From Alphaproteobacteria bacterium (lineage in GTDB: Bacteria; Pseudomonadota; Alphaproteobacteria; JAQWUY01): 64,000 bases of DNA. Of this stretch, positions 31,822-41,839 are shown piece by piece; position 1 is the first letter of the stretch; every line of letters starts with the position of its first letter. Made by a program: the position numbers and the translations under genes. The notes below the pieces were generated by a model. That model did not search any database. It saw only the letters and a program-made list of their open reading frames with translations, and was not told the origin of the DNA. The stretch is from NCBI GenBank assembly GCA_029250225.1, contig JAQWUY010000027.1:9917-73916 (forward strand), in the 5' to 3' direction.

Positions 31822-33525
31822 CTAAAAATGCTTTATTAAACTCAAACCTATCGACTTGTCATAAACAGATTTCATACCGTGTTTTTCTGTATAATTTAAC
31901 GATGCTTTCAGCAACGTATTTGAAGCAAGTAAAACAGATATCCCGCCACTAATAGATCTTGCACTAACATTTTTACTTTCCACTGATGTGGGGTTTTTTC
32001 TATACAATTTCGAAAAACTAGCTGATAAAAATGGGGTAAATATATTACCTTTTATTACTTCGGGTTTAAAATTATATTCGGCATAAACACTATATCCTTC
32101 ATCACCCGTAAAACCATCACCAATTAACCCTTGAACTTTTTCAAAACCAGTAGCAATATATTGTTGACTAGATAATACTGGATTATTAAAAGTATATTGA
32201 AAATTAAATACAAATTTAAACTTTTCTCTGCTTAATAGATCTTTTAAAAATTTATAACTACCAATAAGGCGAGAGGCTGAACCCGTTACTCCGGAACGCG
32301 ACGAAGAAATACCGTTTATTGTATTATATTTTGCACCCAAATCATTTATTGATTTATTCAAAGAAAATTTAGTTTTATGCACTCCTTGTGTTGTTTTAAT
32401 AGTATGCTCACCAACAAGTGTAGCCTCCGCAATCGTATCTTTATATTGGTAAGTATTAGTATTTTTATTCTTCATTGTACTATTAGTATATTGAACACCA
32501 GCAGAAACATAAGATTGCTCTGAATAATTCAAAATAAGAGGCTTAGTATACATCACGCCAATATTTCTATTTTGACTATAAGAATTATAATTGTTGCTTG
32601 TAATAGAAGATGAAATAGATTGTAATAAAGACATTTCAATAGATGAACCTGTTATATAATATCTATTATATAACAATGTAAGGGAACGATAATAAGTGTT
32701 TGATGTTTGCTTTAACGAGAATGACGGTATTATTTTAATCGATTGACCGACATCATTTTTAACAAAATTATTAATTTTCATAATTTGTATCGAATAGCTT
32801 CCATACCTAGCATTTAGATTATTTTTAATAGAGGTTAAAAATTGTTTATCTTTATATGAAACCTTCACATTAACAATAAAGCCTCCTTGATTTTTCCCTC
32901 GACTTAAAAAAATCTTGCTAGATAAACCATACAAACCTTTAAGAATTAACATTTTTTCATTAATAGTTTTCACATCAATATATTCTTTATTTTTCAATGG
33001 GTCTAATATATTGAGAATTGCCTGTTCAACATTTCCATCTTCTTTTTTATCATTTTCTATAACAATATTCTCAATAATACCGCTAATAATGTATACCACT
33101 GGTTTTGCTTTTTTCGCTTCAAAACTCTGTGCTGGAAAAACAACGCGAACCATAGGATAGCCTATCATTACAAAATCTTTCTCCAATTGTTTTAGAAATC
33201 CAACCAGATCTTTTATCTTTATTTTTTGGTCTACTATCTGCTTTGTTTTATTATTTACAAAATCAACAATATTTTTAGGAGCTTTTATACTATATTTGTA
33301 ATCTATGGATTCTAAATATAAAGATGTTTTATTGTTTTCTAGCGCTCCAAAATCAGCACCAGATAAAGAGGGAATATTAATATTTCCCTTTTCGCCAATA
33401 ATATTTTTAATATCGCTCTCAAACTCTTTATTTGAATCTTTAGTATTAAATAAAGACACTCCCTCTGCCTTTAAGGGCAAGGGGACCAACAAGATCACCA
33501 AAAGAACGATAATTTTTTTAAACAA
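31822..33525 (-). CDS. two-partner secretion outer-membrane transporter (TpsB; ShlB/FhaC-family)
   Basis: 567 aa. It has a signal peptide (MFKKIIVLLVILLVPLPLKA), a POTRA-like N-terminal region and a beta-strand-rich C-terminal domain ending in an aromatic residue. It lies immediately downstream of the TpsA gene with a 35-nt gap. Confidence 0.65.
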   Translation of the reverse strand: MFKKIIVLLVILLVPLPLKAEGVSLFNTKDSNKEFESDIKNIIGEKGNINIPSLSGADFGALENNKTSLYLESIDYKYSIKAPKNIVDFVNNKTKQIVDQKIKIKDLVGFLKQLEKDFVMIGYPMVRVVFPAQSFEAKKAKPVVYIISGIIENIVIENDKKEDGNVEQAILNILDPLKNKEYIDVKTINEKMLILKGLYGLSSKIFLSRGKNQGGFIVNVKVSYKDKQFLTSIKNNLNARYGSYSIQIMKINNFVKNDVGQSIKIIPSFSLKQTSNTYYRSLTLLYNRYYITGSSIEMSLLQSISSSITSNNYNSYSQNRNIGVMYTKPLILNYSEQSYVSAGVQYTNSTMKNKNTNTYQYKDTIAEATLVGEHTIKTTQGVHKTKFSLNKSINDLGAKYNTINGISSSRSGVTGSASRLIGSYKFLKDLLSREKFKFVFNFQYTFNNPVLSSQQYIATGFEKVQGLIGDGFTGDEGYSVYAEYNFKPEVIKGNIFTPFLSASFSKLYRKNPTSVESKNVSARSISGGISVLLASNTLLKASLNYTEKHGMKSVYDKSIGLSLIKHF

Positions 33526-33560
33526 ATGTTAAAACTCTCCTAATTAATATACCAATACAT

Positions 33561-36434
33561 TTAATTTTTTAAATTATTATTAATATACGTTACATTTGAA
33601 ATTTCTTTTTTCTTAATATATTTAATTTTTTTCTTAACATTACCATTTTCGCTATCAGTAATTTTATATCTATTTGTTTTCATAAAATCAAATTTTTGCA
33701 ATCCTGTTTTTGATTTATATTTATAATTATTAGCTTTAATTGTAGTGTCTTCATTAGTATTAATTATAAAGCCATCATTAATATTAATTATAGAGTCTTC
33801 ATTGGTATTAATCATAGAGTCATCATTAGTATTAAGTGTAGAATCATCATTAGTATTAATTATAGAGTCGTCATTAATAATTAATTCTTTTTCATTAGAT
33901 CCACCCCACATATTAATTTCAACATTATTATTATTACTAATATTTTGTATAAGAGAAGCAATGTCAGAGTTAAAGGAAATTAATTCATTCTCTGTGCCTA
34001 AAGTGGTTTTTGAAGTAATATCATTGTTTTCCTGAGCCACCTCGGTAAGTTCATAATTATCTGCACTTTTAGAAACTAAGCATCTCGAATTATTAAAGAC
34101 ACAATAATTATTTAATCTGTTTTTTAATTTTAAAAATAATTGATCGGTTTTAATTTTATCAATATATCTTACTTGACCGTTTCTAAATTCAGGTAAATCA
34201 AACAGGTATACTGCACCTTTTTTTCTATTAATGCCATAAGCACCAACAGCAAGTTTATAACCATCTGCATCGCTACCAATTAAGCTTACCGAAGAACCGA
34301 AATAGTCACGAAAATGCAACCTACTTTCTGGGTTTAAATTTAATTGTTTTTTACCAATTTTATCAACATATCTTACTTGACCGTTTCTAAATTCAGATAA
34401 ATCAAAAAGGTATACTGCACCCTTTTTTCTATTAATGCCATAAGCACCAACAGCAAGTTTATAACCATCTGCATCGTTACCAATTAAGCTTACCGAAGAA
34501 CCGAAATTATCCCTATTATGCAACCTACTTTCTGGGTTTAAATTTAATTGTTTTTTACCAATTTTATCGACATATGTTATTAGGCCATTTCTAAGATTAT
34601 CTACATTAAACAAGTATACCGAACCTCTATATTTACTATCTCCATAAGCACCAACAGCAAGTTTATAATCACCCGTATCGTCAGCAACTAAGCTCACCGA
34701 AGAATTAAAATAATCGTAATTATGTAACTTGTTTTCTTTTTTATATCTAAATAATAAATTTAAATAGCTAATATTCTTCATTTTACTAACAAGAAGATTT
34801 TTAGGGTCTAACAATACTGTTCCAAAAGATTGACCAGAAACCTCCACTTTTGAAAATTTATATGATCTTGAAGATTTTTTACCAAATACTTGTACCCAGC
34901 CTCCATCATTAAAACCATTAGCTTTAATATTACCAAATTGTTGTGTTACACCATTCGACCATAAAACAACTGTACCACCATCTCCATTTACACTAGATGC
35001 ATCAACAAGTGCATCATACCCCAAAGATGTTTTATAAGAAGTTGGTAGATTTAAAAGGTTATCACCAAATACAGATGTCCAACGATCACGGAAACCTGTT
35101 AATACATTTTCGTCATACTCTTCAGATAGATTTCCCCCTCCAAATTCACCGCCTATACGAATTAAACCACCGGCTCTGTAACCTGTTGCAATAATTTTAG
35201 TACCATCCATCACAATAATATTACCATTATCAGTCGAAATATCAATTAAACCACCACGACCAGAAAAACCAGAGGCTGAAATTTTACCCTGTGTAATCAA
35301 TCGTTTTGAACCCGTATTAATACGAATAATGCCACCATCACCATTACCGTCTGATAGTATATTAGATTTTGCAAAAATATTAATATCTGAGTTAGATGAT
35401 ATAGATACTGCACCACCGCTAGAAGCAGGGGCTTTACCAGATGCATCTATCAAGCCTGTCTGAGTGTAAGAAGTAGAAGTAATATTTACATCACCTCCTT
35501 TTACATTAATAACATCACTAGAAACATCAACTGTGCCATTAAGGGAAACATCAGGCCCACTAATAATAATTTTACCTCTATCGGAAGAGGATACCGATTT
35601 TGCCTGAACAAGACCACGAATGTTTATAACTCGACGAAGGGTTTTTCTAACTGTGCCAACACTTAATTTTACTAAACCACCATATGATATAACTTTACCG
35701 CCATTATTTACGGAAATTATTTCTGATAATTTAATTCCATTAACATCCCTAATTGTATTTAAATTACTTGTTGGAATTTCAACACGCAAAAATTCAGAGT
35801 CACCTATGTTGAGAATGACCTTTTCTCCTGCACCGAAACCGACTTTACTTAAATGAGCCGTTACAACACCACCATTATCAATCGCACCGCCAAGTAAGGC
35901 AACAAAACCGCCATCATTAACCGCTATACTGCCGTTGTTTGTAACCACAGCACCAGCCTTTCCTGATTGCTTTACAAAAGATAGTTCTCCCCTTTTAAAA
36001 TCTTCGTTAGAAATATCTAGTGTAGAAGCCGAAAAAGAATTTGTATTAATAAGCCCATTTTCTGTGATTAAAATACCATTAGGATTAACTAAAAAAATCT
36101 GACCATTGGCTTTAATTCGTCCTGCTATGGTAGAGGGCGTAGAACCTAAAACACGATTTAAAGATTGTGATTGCGTTCTGGGTTGAACAAATTCAACCAA
36201 TTTATTTTGACCGACATCAAATGAACTCCAATCAATAATTGTCTTATCTGTATATTGATTAACTTTAATAAAATCTCGACCTTGGTTAATGCTAGCCTCA
36301 CCAGACTTTACAATACCACCGATTGGCAGTTCAGATGCCAAAACATCTCCACCCAATAAAAAGAAAAAAGATAAGAAAAACGAACACGACTTAATTATTC
36401 TCATCAAATTTTTATGCGAATTAAACATAACCAT
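33561..36434 (-). CDS. two-partner-secreted exoprotein (TpsA; filamentous haemagglutinin-type) with FG-GAP repeat C-terminal region
   Basis: 957 aa. An extended signal peptide is followed by a canonical TPS secretion domain (NRVLGSTPSTIAGRIKANGQIFLVNPNGI). A Gly/Asn-rich beta-helix region follows. Then come 3.5 copies of a roughly 68-aa FG-GAP-like repeat (FGSSVSLIGNDADGYKLAVGAYGINRKKGAVYLF). The protein ends in an Asn/Asp-rich decapeptide tandem repeat (NDDSIINTND). Confidence 0.8.
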   Translation of the reverse strand: MVMFNSHKNLMRIIKSCSFFLSFFFLLGGDVLASELPIGGIVKSGEASINQGRDFIKVNQYTDKTIIDWSSFDVGQNKLVEFVQPRTQSQSLNRVLGSTPSTIAGRIKANGQIFLVNPNGILITENGLINTNSFSASTLDISNEDFKRGELSFVKQSGKAGAVVTNNGSIAVNDGGFVALLGGAIDNGGVVTAHLSKVGFGAGEKVILNIGDSEFLRVEIPTSNLNTIRDVNGIKLSEIISVNNGGKVISYGGLVKLSVGTVRKTLRRVINIRGLVQAKSVSSSDRGKIIISGPDVSLNGTVDVSSDVINVKGGDVNITSTSYTQTGLIDASGKAPASSGGAVSISSNSDINIFAKSNILSDGNGDGGIIRINTGSKRLITQGKISASGFSGRGGLIDISTDNGNIIVMDGTKIIATGYRAGGLIRIGGEFGGGNLSEEYDENVLTGFRDRWTSVFGDNLLNLPTSYKTSLGYDALVDASSVNGDGGTVVLWSNGVTQQFGNIKANGFNDGGWVQVFGKKSSRSYKFSKVEVSGQSFGTVLLDPKNLLVSKMKNISYLNLLFRYKKENKLHNYDYFNSSVSLVADDTGDYKLAVGAYGDSKYRGSVYLFNVDNLRNGLITYVDKIGKKQLNLNPESRLHNRDNFGSSVSLIGNDADGYKLAVGAYGINRKKGAVYLFDLSEFRNGQVRYVDKIGKKQLNLNPESRLHFRDYFGSSVSLIGSDADGYKLAVGAYGINRKKGAVYLFDLPEFRNGQVRYIDKIKTDQLFLKLKNRLNNYCVFNNSRCLVSKSADNYELTEVAQENNDITSKTTLGTENELISFNSDIASLIQNISNNNNVEINMWGGSNEKELIINDDSIINTNDDSTLNTNDDSMINTNEDSIININDGFIINTNEDTTIKANNYKYKSKTGLQKFDFMKTNRYKITDSENGNVKKKIKYIKKKEISNVTYINNNLKN
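33740..33895. repeat. about five tandem copies of a 30-bp repeat inside tpsA (encoding NDDSxINTND)
   Basis: The unit ATCATTAGTATTAATTATAGAGTCTTC is visible by eye (33745-33890). A reverse-strand ORF with a reiterated peptide (ESSLVLII x4) mirrors it. Confidence 0.75.
34150..34760. repeat. about four tandem copies of a 204-bp repeat inside tpsA (FG-GAP repeat units); first two copies nearly identical
   Basis: Copy starts lie at about 34166 and 34370 (period 204 bp) and differ by only a few nucleotides. Copies at about 34560 onwards are progressively diverged. Confidence 0.8.
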
Positions 36435-36808
36435 ATAAACTCTTTAAAAGTTAAAATAATGAATAACTTATTTATTACACTAGATACTAATCTTATATTT
36501 TTTAATTACAACACCGTAAATAAAAGCCAATTAAAATAATTAAGCTCTTTTTTATTTAGTTTTAATTATTTTACTTAATTAAGACAAAAATAAATATTAT
36601 GTGTAAGAAAAACAATCTAAAACATAGACAAAAAAAATACACTTGTCAACAACGTATTTACATTTTTATTTACTTTTAGTAAAATTATTTAACAGAAAAA
36701 ATAATAAAAAAAAATCATAATAAAAAAATACAGATATATCAATGCTAAAGGTTGCAAAAAGTAATAAAATATGTGAAATTGAATCATTAGTAAAAAAAGA
36801 AAGAATAA

Positions 36809-38161
36809 ATGCAAAATATAAAAATTGATAAACTTTTTCCTATTAAAGAAAATAAAAATGGCGTTCAAATTATCATAACTGATGAGGTTCCTAGTACTTA
36901 CAAAGATTGGGCAAAAATTAATAATTTTAATGCAGAATCTGGTCAAGTTTTGATGACTATTGATAACAAAGTAATAGTTGGTAAAGGTGATTTAAATGAC
37001 ATATTTTATTTTGCCGATATTTATAATAAATTACCAGATGGGGAATATATTGAACCAAATTTAAAATCATCTGAAAAGCAAAATTTAATAATCGGCTGGG
37101 CTTTATCAGCATATAATTTCGATAGCTATAAAAGTGAAAAAACAAATATCAATAAATCATTATATACACAAAATGATGAAAATAAAAAAACTGCACTTTC
37201 AATTGCCCAAGGTATATATCTTTGCAGAGATATGATAAACACACCGGCAAACGATATGACGCCACAAGATATTGAAAACCAAGTTGTAAAACTTGCGAAT
37301 CAATTCGAAGCTGAAACAAATATTATAACAGGTTCTGAACTTAAAAAATCATATCCTCTTATTCACGCTGTTGGTAAAGCATCGATAAACAAGCCACGAT
37401 TAATTGAATTAAATTGGGGAAATGCCAAACATCCACACTTACACTTAATTGGCAAGGGAATTTCTTTTGATAGTGGCGGTCTTGATTTAAAACCATCAAA
37501 TGCGATGTTATTAATGAAAAAAGATATGGGCGGGGCTGGTAATATAATAGGGCTTGCACATATAATTATGGCAAATAAATTACCTGTTAGATTAAAGGTA
37601 TTAATTCCAAGTGCGGAAAATATGGTTTCAGAAAATTCTTTTCGTCCAATGGATATTTTAAAATCCCGCAAAGGTATAACTGTTGAAGTTGGCAACACTG
37701 ATGCCGAGGGTCGTCTTGTTCTTGCTGATGCATTAACATACGCAGGACAAAATAAAAATCAGGCTGATTTAACTATTGATATGGCAACATTAACAGGAGC
37801 CGCAAGAATAGCCGTAGGAGCAGATATGCCGGCATTTTTCTGTGATGATGATAAAATTGCTAATGAATATTATAAGGCGGGAGTTAAAACAAATGACCCA
37901 GTGTGGCGTATGCCCTTGCACAAACCATATAAAAAATTACTAGATACTCCTAATGCTGATATTTCATCTTGTTCACAAAATGGACTAGCAGGAGCAATTA
38001 CCGCAGGATTATTCTTACAAGAATTTGTTAATGAAAAAACAAATTGGATACACATTGATTTAATGGCTTATAACAATACAAAATCCATAGGCAAGCCAAT
38101 TGGTGGTGAGGCAATGGGTATTCGTGCATTGTGGGAATTACTTAAAAACCGTTATCAATAA
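36809..38161 (+). CDS. pepA: leucyl aminopeptidase (M17 family, cytosol aminopeptidase)
   Basis: 450 aa. The M17 catalytic signature NTDAEGRL (VGNTDAEGRLVLADAL) and metal-binding Lys/Asp blocks (GKGISFDSGG) are present. Confidence 0.85.
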   Translation: MQNIKIDKLFPIKENKNGVQIIITDEVPSTYKDWAKINNFNAESGQVLMTIDNKVIVGKGDLNDIFYFADIYNKLPDGEYIEPNLKSSEKQNLIIGWALSAYNFDSYKSEKTNINKSLYTQNDENKKTALSIAQGIYLCRDMINTPANDMTPQDIENQVVKLANQFEAETNIITGSELKKSYPLIHAVGKASINKPRLIELNWGNAKHPHLHLIGKGISFDSGGLDLKPSNAMLLMKKDMGGAGNIIGLAHIIMANKLPVRLKVLIPSAENMVSENSFRPMDILKSRKGITVEVGNTDAEGRLVLADALTYAGQNKNQADLTIDMATLTGAARIAVGADMPAFFCDDDKIANEYYKAGVKTNDPVWRMPLHKPYKKLLDTPNADISSCSQNGLAGAITAGLFLQEFVNEKTNWIHIDLMAYNNTKSIGKPIGGEAMGIRALWELLKNRYQ

Positions 38162-38186
38162 TTCAGCAATACAGTTAATAATAAAT

Positions 38187-40805
38187 TTAACTCACTTTTA
38201 ACATTGCTTTAATTCTATACAGGAAATCTAGTGCATCGCGCGGAGCCATATCATCTAGGTTAATATTTTTAATTTCATCTTCAACCACAGATTTTTTTTC
38301 TTGTTCATTAATATTATCAACCGCATCAAATAATGGCATATTATTAAATATATTTTTATTTGATGTATCATCTGATTCCAACATATTTAAAACTTCACTC
38401 GCTCTTTTTAAGGCTTGCTTAGGTAATCCTGCAATCTTGGCAACATAAATACCATAACTACCCTCAGAACAACCTTTTTTAACTGAGTGCAAGAACACTA
38501 TTTCGTCTTTCCACTGTTTTACACCCATAGTATGAGCCGACAACACATCAATTTTATCACATAATAAATTTAATTCGTGATAATGTGTTGCAAACAATCC
38601 CCTACATTTATTTTTGTAACATAAATATTCAATACAAGCCCAAGCAATACTCATACCATCGTATGTAGATGTCCCTCGGCCGATTTCATCCATAATTACC
38701 AATGATTTTTCAGTAGATTGATTTAAAATTGATGCAGTTTCAACCATTTCAACCATAAATGTTGATTGTCCTCTTGCCAAATCGTCACTTGCCCCAACAC
38801 GAGAAAATATGCGGTCAATCAACCCTATTGCACAAGACTGAGCAGGAACAAAACAGCCCATCTGTGCCAAAATAGCAATTAATGCATTTTGTCGTAAAAA
38901 TGTAGACTTACCAGCCATATTAGGCCCCGTTAATAACCATATTTTATCGTTATTATCAAATTTACAATCATTAGAAATAAATTTTGTATTATCTGATTGT
39001 TTTAATGATTTTTCTACTACTGGGTGCCTACCTGCCACAATATCAAAATCCATTGTTTCATTTAAAATTGGTCGCACCCAACCTTGACTTTTACTCATAT
39101 ATGCTAATGAACTTAAAACATCGTTTACTGAATATGCATATGCGGTTTTTGATATTTCTTGGGAATTATCGATTATATTTTGAATCAATGATTTAAATAT
39201 TTGTTCTTCAATTGCTAATGCTTTATCTTTTGCATCTAAAACATCGCGCGATAATTCAGATAATTCAGTGGTAGTATATCTTAACGCCCCTTTCATAGTT
39301 TGACGATGAATAAACATTTCTAAGGTTATTTTGTCGGCATTCTTAGGAGTAACTTCAATAAAATATTGCAACATATTATTATGTTTTATTTTTAAATTAT
39401 CAATCCCTGTAATGTCACGATATTTTAATTCTAAATTAGCAATCAATCGTCTTGAATCATCGCGTAATTCACGGACTTTATCCAACGACACATCATAGCC
39501 TTTTCTAATTGCTCCACCATCACGAATATTAGAGGGCGGTTCATCTACTATTGCTTGTTGTAATTTTTCTACTAGATTGTCGTAAATACCTAAATCGATT
39601 ATACTTTGTTTTAAAATATCACAATCTAAATTATTTAATAATAATTTAACTTTTGTTGTCATATGTAATGCATTGCAAATTACTTTGATATCCCTAGGTG
39701 CGCCTCGCCCTAATGATAATCTTGTAAGTGATCGTTCTATATCAGGAACTTCTTTTAATAACTGTCTTAGTTCATCTAGTTTATCAAATTTTATAAAACT
39801 ATCAATCCCATCAAGACGGTAATTGATGCTATTTAAATTTGTTAATGGTGATGTTAACCACTTTTTTAACAATCTTGCCCCTGAACCCATTTGCGTATAA
39901 TCAACAGTATCAAATAATGTTAATTTTTTTCCGCCTTGCATTGAATTAGTTATTTCAAGAGATTTCCTAGTGGTTGCATCAATTTCCATATAACCAGAAG
40001 TTTTTATTTTAGTTGGTTTATTAAGATGAGGTATTTTACCAACTTGAGTTGTATTTATATAATCTAATAATAAGCCTAATGAGATAATATCTGCTTTTAC
40101 AAAATCGCCAAAACTACTTAAATCAGAAACTTTAAATGTTTTACAAATTATATCAAAACTATTTTCATAATTAAATCTGCTCTCCGGTATAGGACTTAGT
40201 GCATCTTTGTATTCATTCCAAATTTCCGAATATAATTTATTAGTAATAAATGATTGCGGTAAAATTATTTCACTAGGTTGAATTCGTGCTATTACTGTTG
40301 ACAAATCTTGTTCTTGTATTGTTTGAACAAAAAAATCACCTGTTGTAATATCAACTGTTGCAATAGCCGTGTCACCGGCTCTTTTATTAATACAACACAT
40401 ATAATTATTACTACGAGAATCTAATAAATTATCTTCTGTTATTGTCCCTGGAGTTACGATTCTTACAACTTCTCTTTTCACGACTGCTTTTGCCCCGCGT
40501 TTTTTTGCTTCGGCCGGATCTTCGGTTTGTTCACAAACCGCAACACGATAACCCTTGCCGATTAATCGTAACAAATATGTTTCTGAGGAATGAATAGGCA
40601 CCCCACACATAGGGATATCAACACCGTTGTGTTTCCCGCGTTTAGTTAGAACAATATCCAATGCAGATGATGCCTTTACAGCATCTTCGAAAAACAATTC
40701 GTAAAAATCGCCCATTCTGTAAAATAATATTGTGTCTTTATGATTTTTCTTGATATCCAAGAATTGTTCCATCATTGGTGTGGTAGTAGTACTTTTTGCA
40801 GTCAT
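38187..40805 (-). CDS. mutS: DNA mismatch repair protein MutS
   Basis: 872 aa. The N-terminal mismatch-recognition block is TPMMEQFLDIKKNHKDTILFYRMGDFYELFFEDA. The Walker A is GPNMAGKST, and a C-terminal HTH follows. Confidence 0.9.
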   Translation of the reverse strand: MTAKSTTTTPMMEQFLDIKKNHKDTILFYRMGDFYELFFEDAVKASSALDIVLTKRGKHNGVDIPMCGVPIHSSETYLLRLIGKGYRVAVCEQTEDPAEAKKRGAKAVVKREVVRIVTPGTITEDNLLDSRSNNYMCCINKRAGDTAIATVDITTGDFFVQTIQEQDLSTVIARIQPSEIILPQSFITNKLYSEIWNEYKDALSPIPESRFNYENSFDIICKTFKVSDLSSFGDFVKADIISLGLLLDYINTTQVGKIPHLNKPTKIKTSGYMEIDATTRKSLEITNSMQGGKKLTLFDTVDYTQMGSGARLLKKWLTSPLTNLNSINYRLDGIDSFIKFDKLDELRQLLKEVPDIERSLTRLSLGRGAPRDIKVICNALHMTTKVKLLLNNLDCDILKQSIIDLGIYDNLVEKLQQAIVDEPPSNIRDGGAIRKGYDVSLDKVRELRDDSRRLIANLELKYRDITGIDNLKIKHNNMLQYFIEVTPKNADKITLEMFIHRQTMKGALRYTTTELSELSRDVLDAKDKALAIEEQIFKSLIQNIIDNSQEISKTAYAYSVNDVLSSLAYMSKSQGWVRPILNETMDFDIVAGRHPVVEKSLKQSDNTKFISNDCKFDNNDKIWLLTGPNMAGKSTFLRQNALIAILAQMGCFVPAQSCAIGLIDRIFSRVGASDDLARGQSTFMVEMVETASILNQSTEKSLVIMDEIGRGTSTYDGMSIAWACIEYLCYKNKCRGLFATHYHELNLLCDKIDVLSAHTMGVKQWKDEIVFLHSVKKGCSEGSYGIYVAKIAGLPKQALKRASEVLNMLESDDTSNKNIFNNMPLFDAVDNINEQEKKSVVEDEIKNINLDDMAPRDALDFLYRIKAMLKVS

Positions 40806-40942
40806 TTTTATTTATTTTGTTAATTTTTATCTATGGTTGTTTATTTGCTTTTATTTTTTTTAATTCCTTAATATAATTACTTATTGTATATTATGTCAAT
40901 ATATTAAATTTTTTATCACAAATTAAATGAGAGTTATAAATT

Positions 40943-41827
40943 ATGGTTGAAATATCAAAACTAGGAAAAGCAAATATTATATCAATTCAATCTTGTGTAA
41001 GTTACGGTCACGCAGGAAATTCATCAGCAGTTTTTCCAATGCAAAGGCTTGGTTATAATGTTTTACCTGTTCACACGGTATTGTTCTCAAATCATACAGG
41101 TTATGGCGATTGGGGCGGGGAAATTATCGACACAAAAATAGTTAGTTCTGTAATCGATGGCATTGAAAAAAGGGGAGTATTCCCAATTACATCAGCTATT
41201 GTTTCTGGTTATATGGGGACAATTGAATTAGGTGATATAATACTTGATACAGTTAAGCGAGTAAAAAAAGCAAACAGTGATGCAATATATGTGTGTGATC
41301 CTGTTTTTGGTGATGTAGGTAGGGGAATTTTTGTTAATAAGGAATTGCCAGATTATTTTCGTGATTTTGTTATACCTGAATGTGATATATGTACACCAAA
41401 TATGTTTGAACTTGAATATTTAACAAATACAAAAGTAAAAACTATTGATGAAGCTATTAATTCAGCAAGAACTTTATTAAATAAAAACTGTAAGTCGGTA
41501 TTGGTAACATCACTAGAACACGAAAAAACAGAGGCTGATACTATTGAAATGTTAGCGGTACAATCTGATAAAGCATTTCATATTAAAACAAAAAAACTAG
41601 TAATGCCAATTTCTCCGAATGGTTCAGGTGACGCTACAACTGCATTATTTGTATGTCATTATCTTGAAAGTAAAGGTGATATGAAAACTACCCTAGAAAA
41701 AACCACAAGTGGTATTTATGAGATATTTGATACAACACAAAAATCAGGAACCCGAGAATTACAGATTGTTGCAAGTGGTGATAAATTAGTTAAGCCTGAG
41801 CATATATTTACTGCTGAACAAATATAA
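40943..41827 (+). CDS. pdxY: pyridoxal/pyridoxamine kinase (PdxY/PdxK, ribokinase-like)
   Basis: 294 aa. ISIQSCVSYGHAGNSSAVFPMQRLGYNV matches the PdxY N-terminal signature, and a C-terminal GSGDA-type ATP motif (PNGSGDATTAL) is present. Confidence 0.7.
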   Translation: MVEISKLGKANIISIQSCVSYGHAGNSSAVFPMQRLGYNVLPVHTVLFSNHTGYGDWGGEIIDTKIVSSVIDGIEKRGVFPITSAIVSGYMGTIELGDIILDTVKRVKKANSDAIYVCDPVFGDVGRGIFVNKELPDYFRDFVIPECDICTPNMFELEYLTNTKVKTIDEAINSARTLLNKNCKSVLVTSLEHEKTEADTIEMLAVQSDKAFHIKTKKLVMPISPNGSGDATTALFVCHYLESKGDMKTTLEKTTSGIYEIFDTTQKSGTRELQIVASGDKLVKPEHIFTAEQI

Positions 41828-41839
41828 TTTAAATGAATG

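Noticed and set aside
36689-36946. 85-aa minus-strand ORF in the tpsA-pepA intergenic region
   Set aside because: It is extremely low-complexity (Phe/Ile/Leu/Tyr runs from A/T-rich DNA) and overlaps the pepA start, so it looks like an artefact of base composition.
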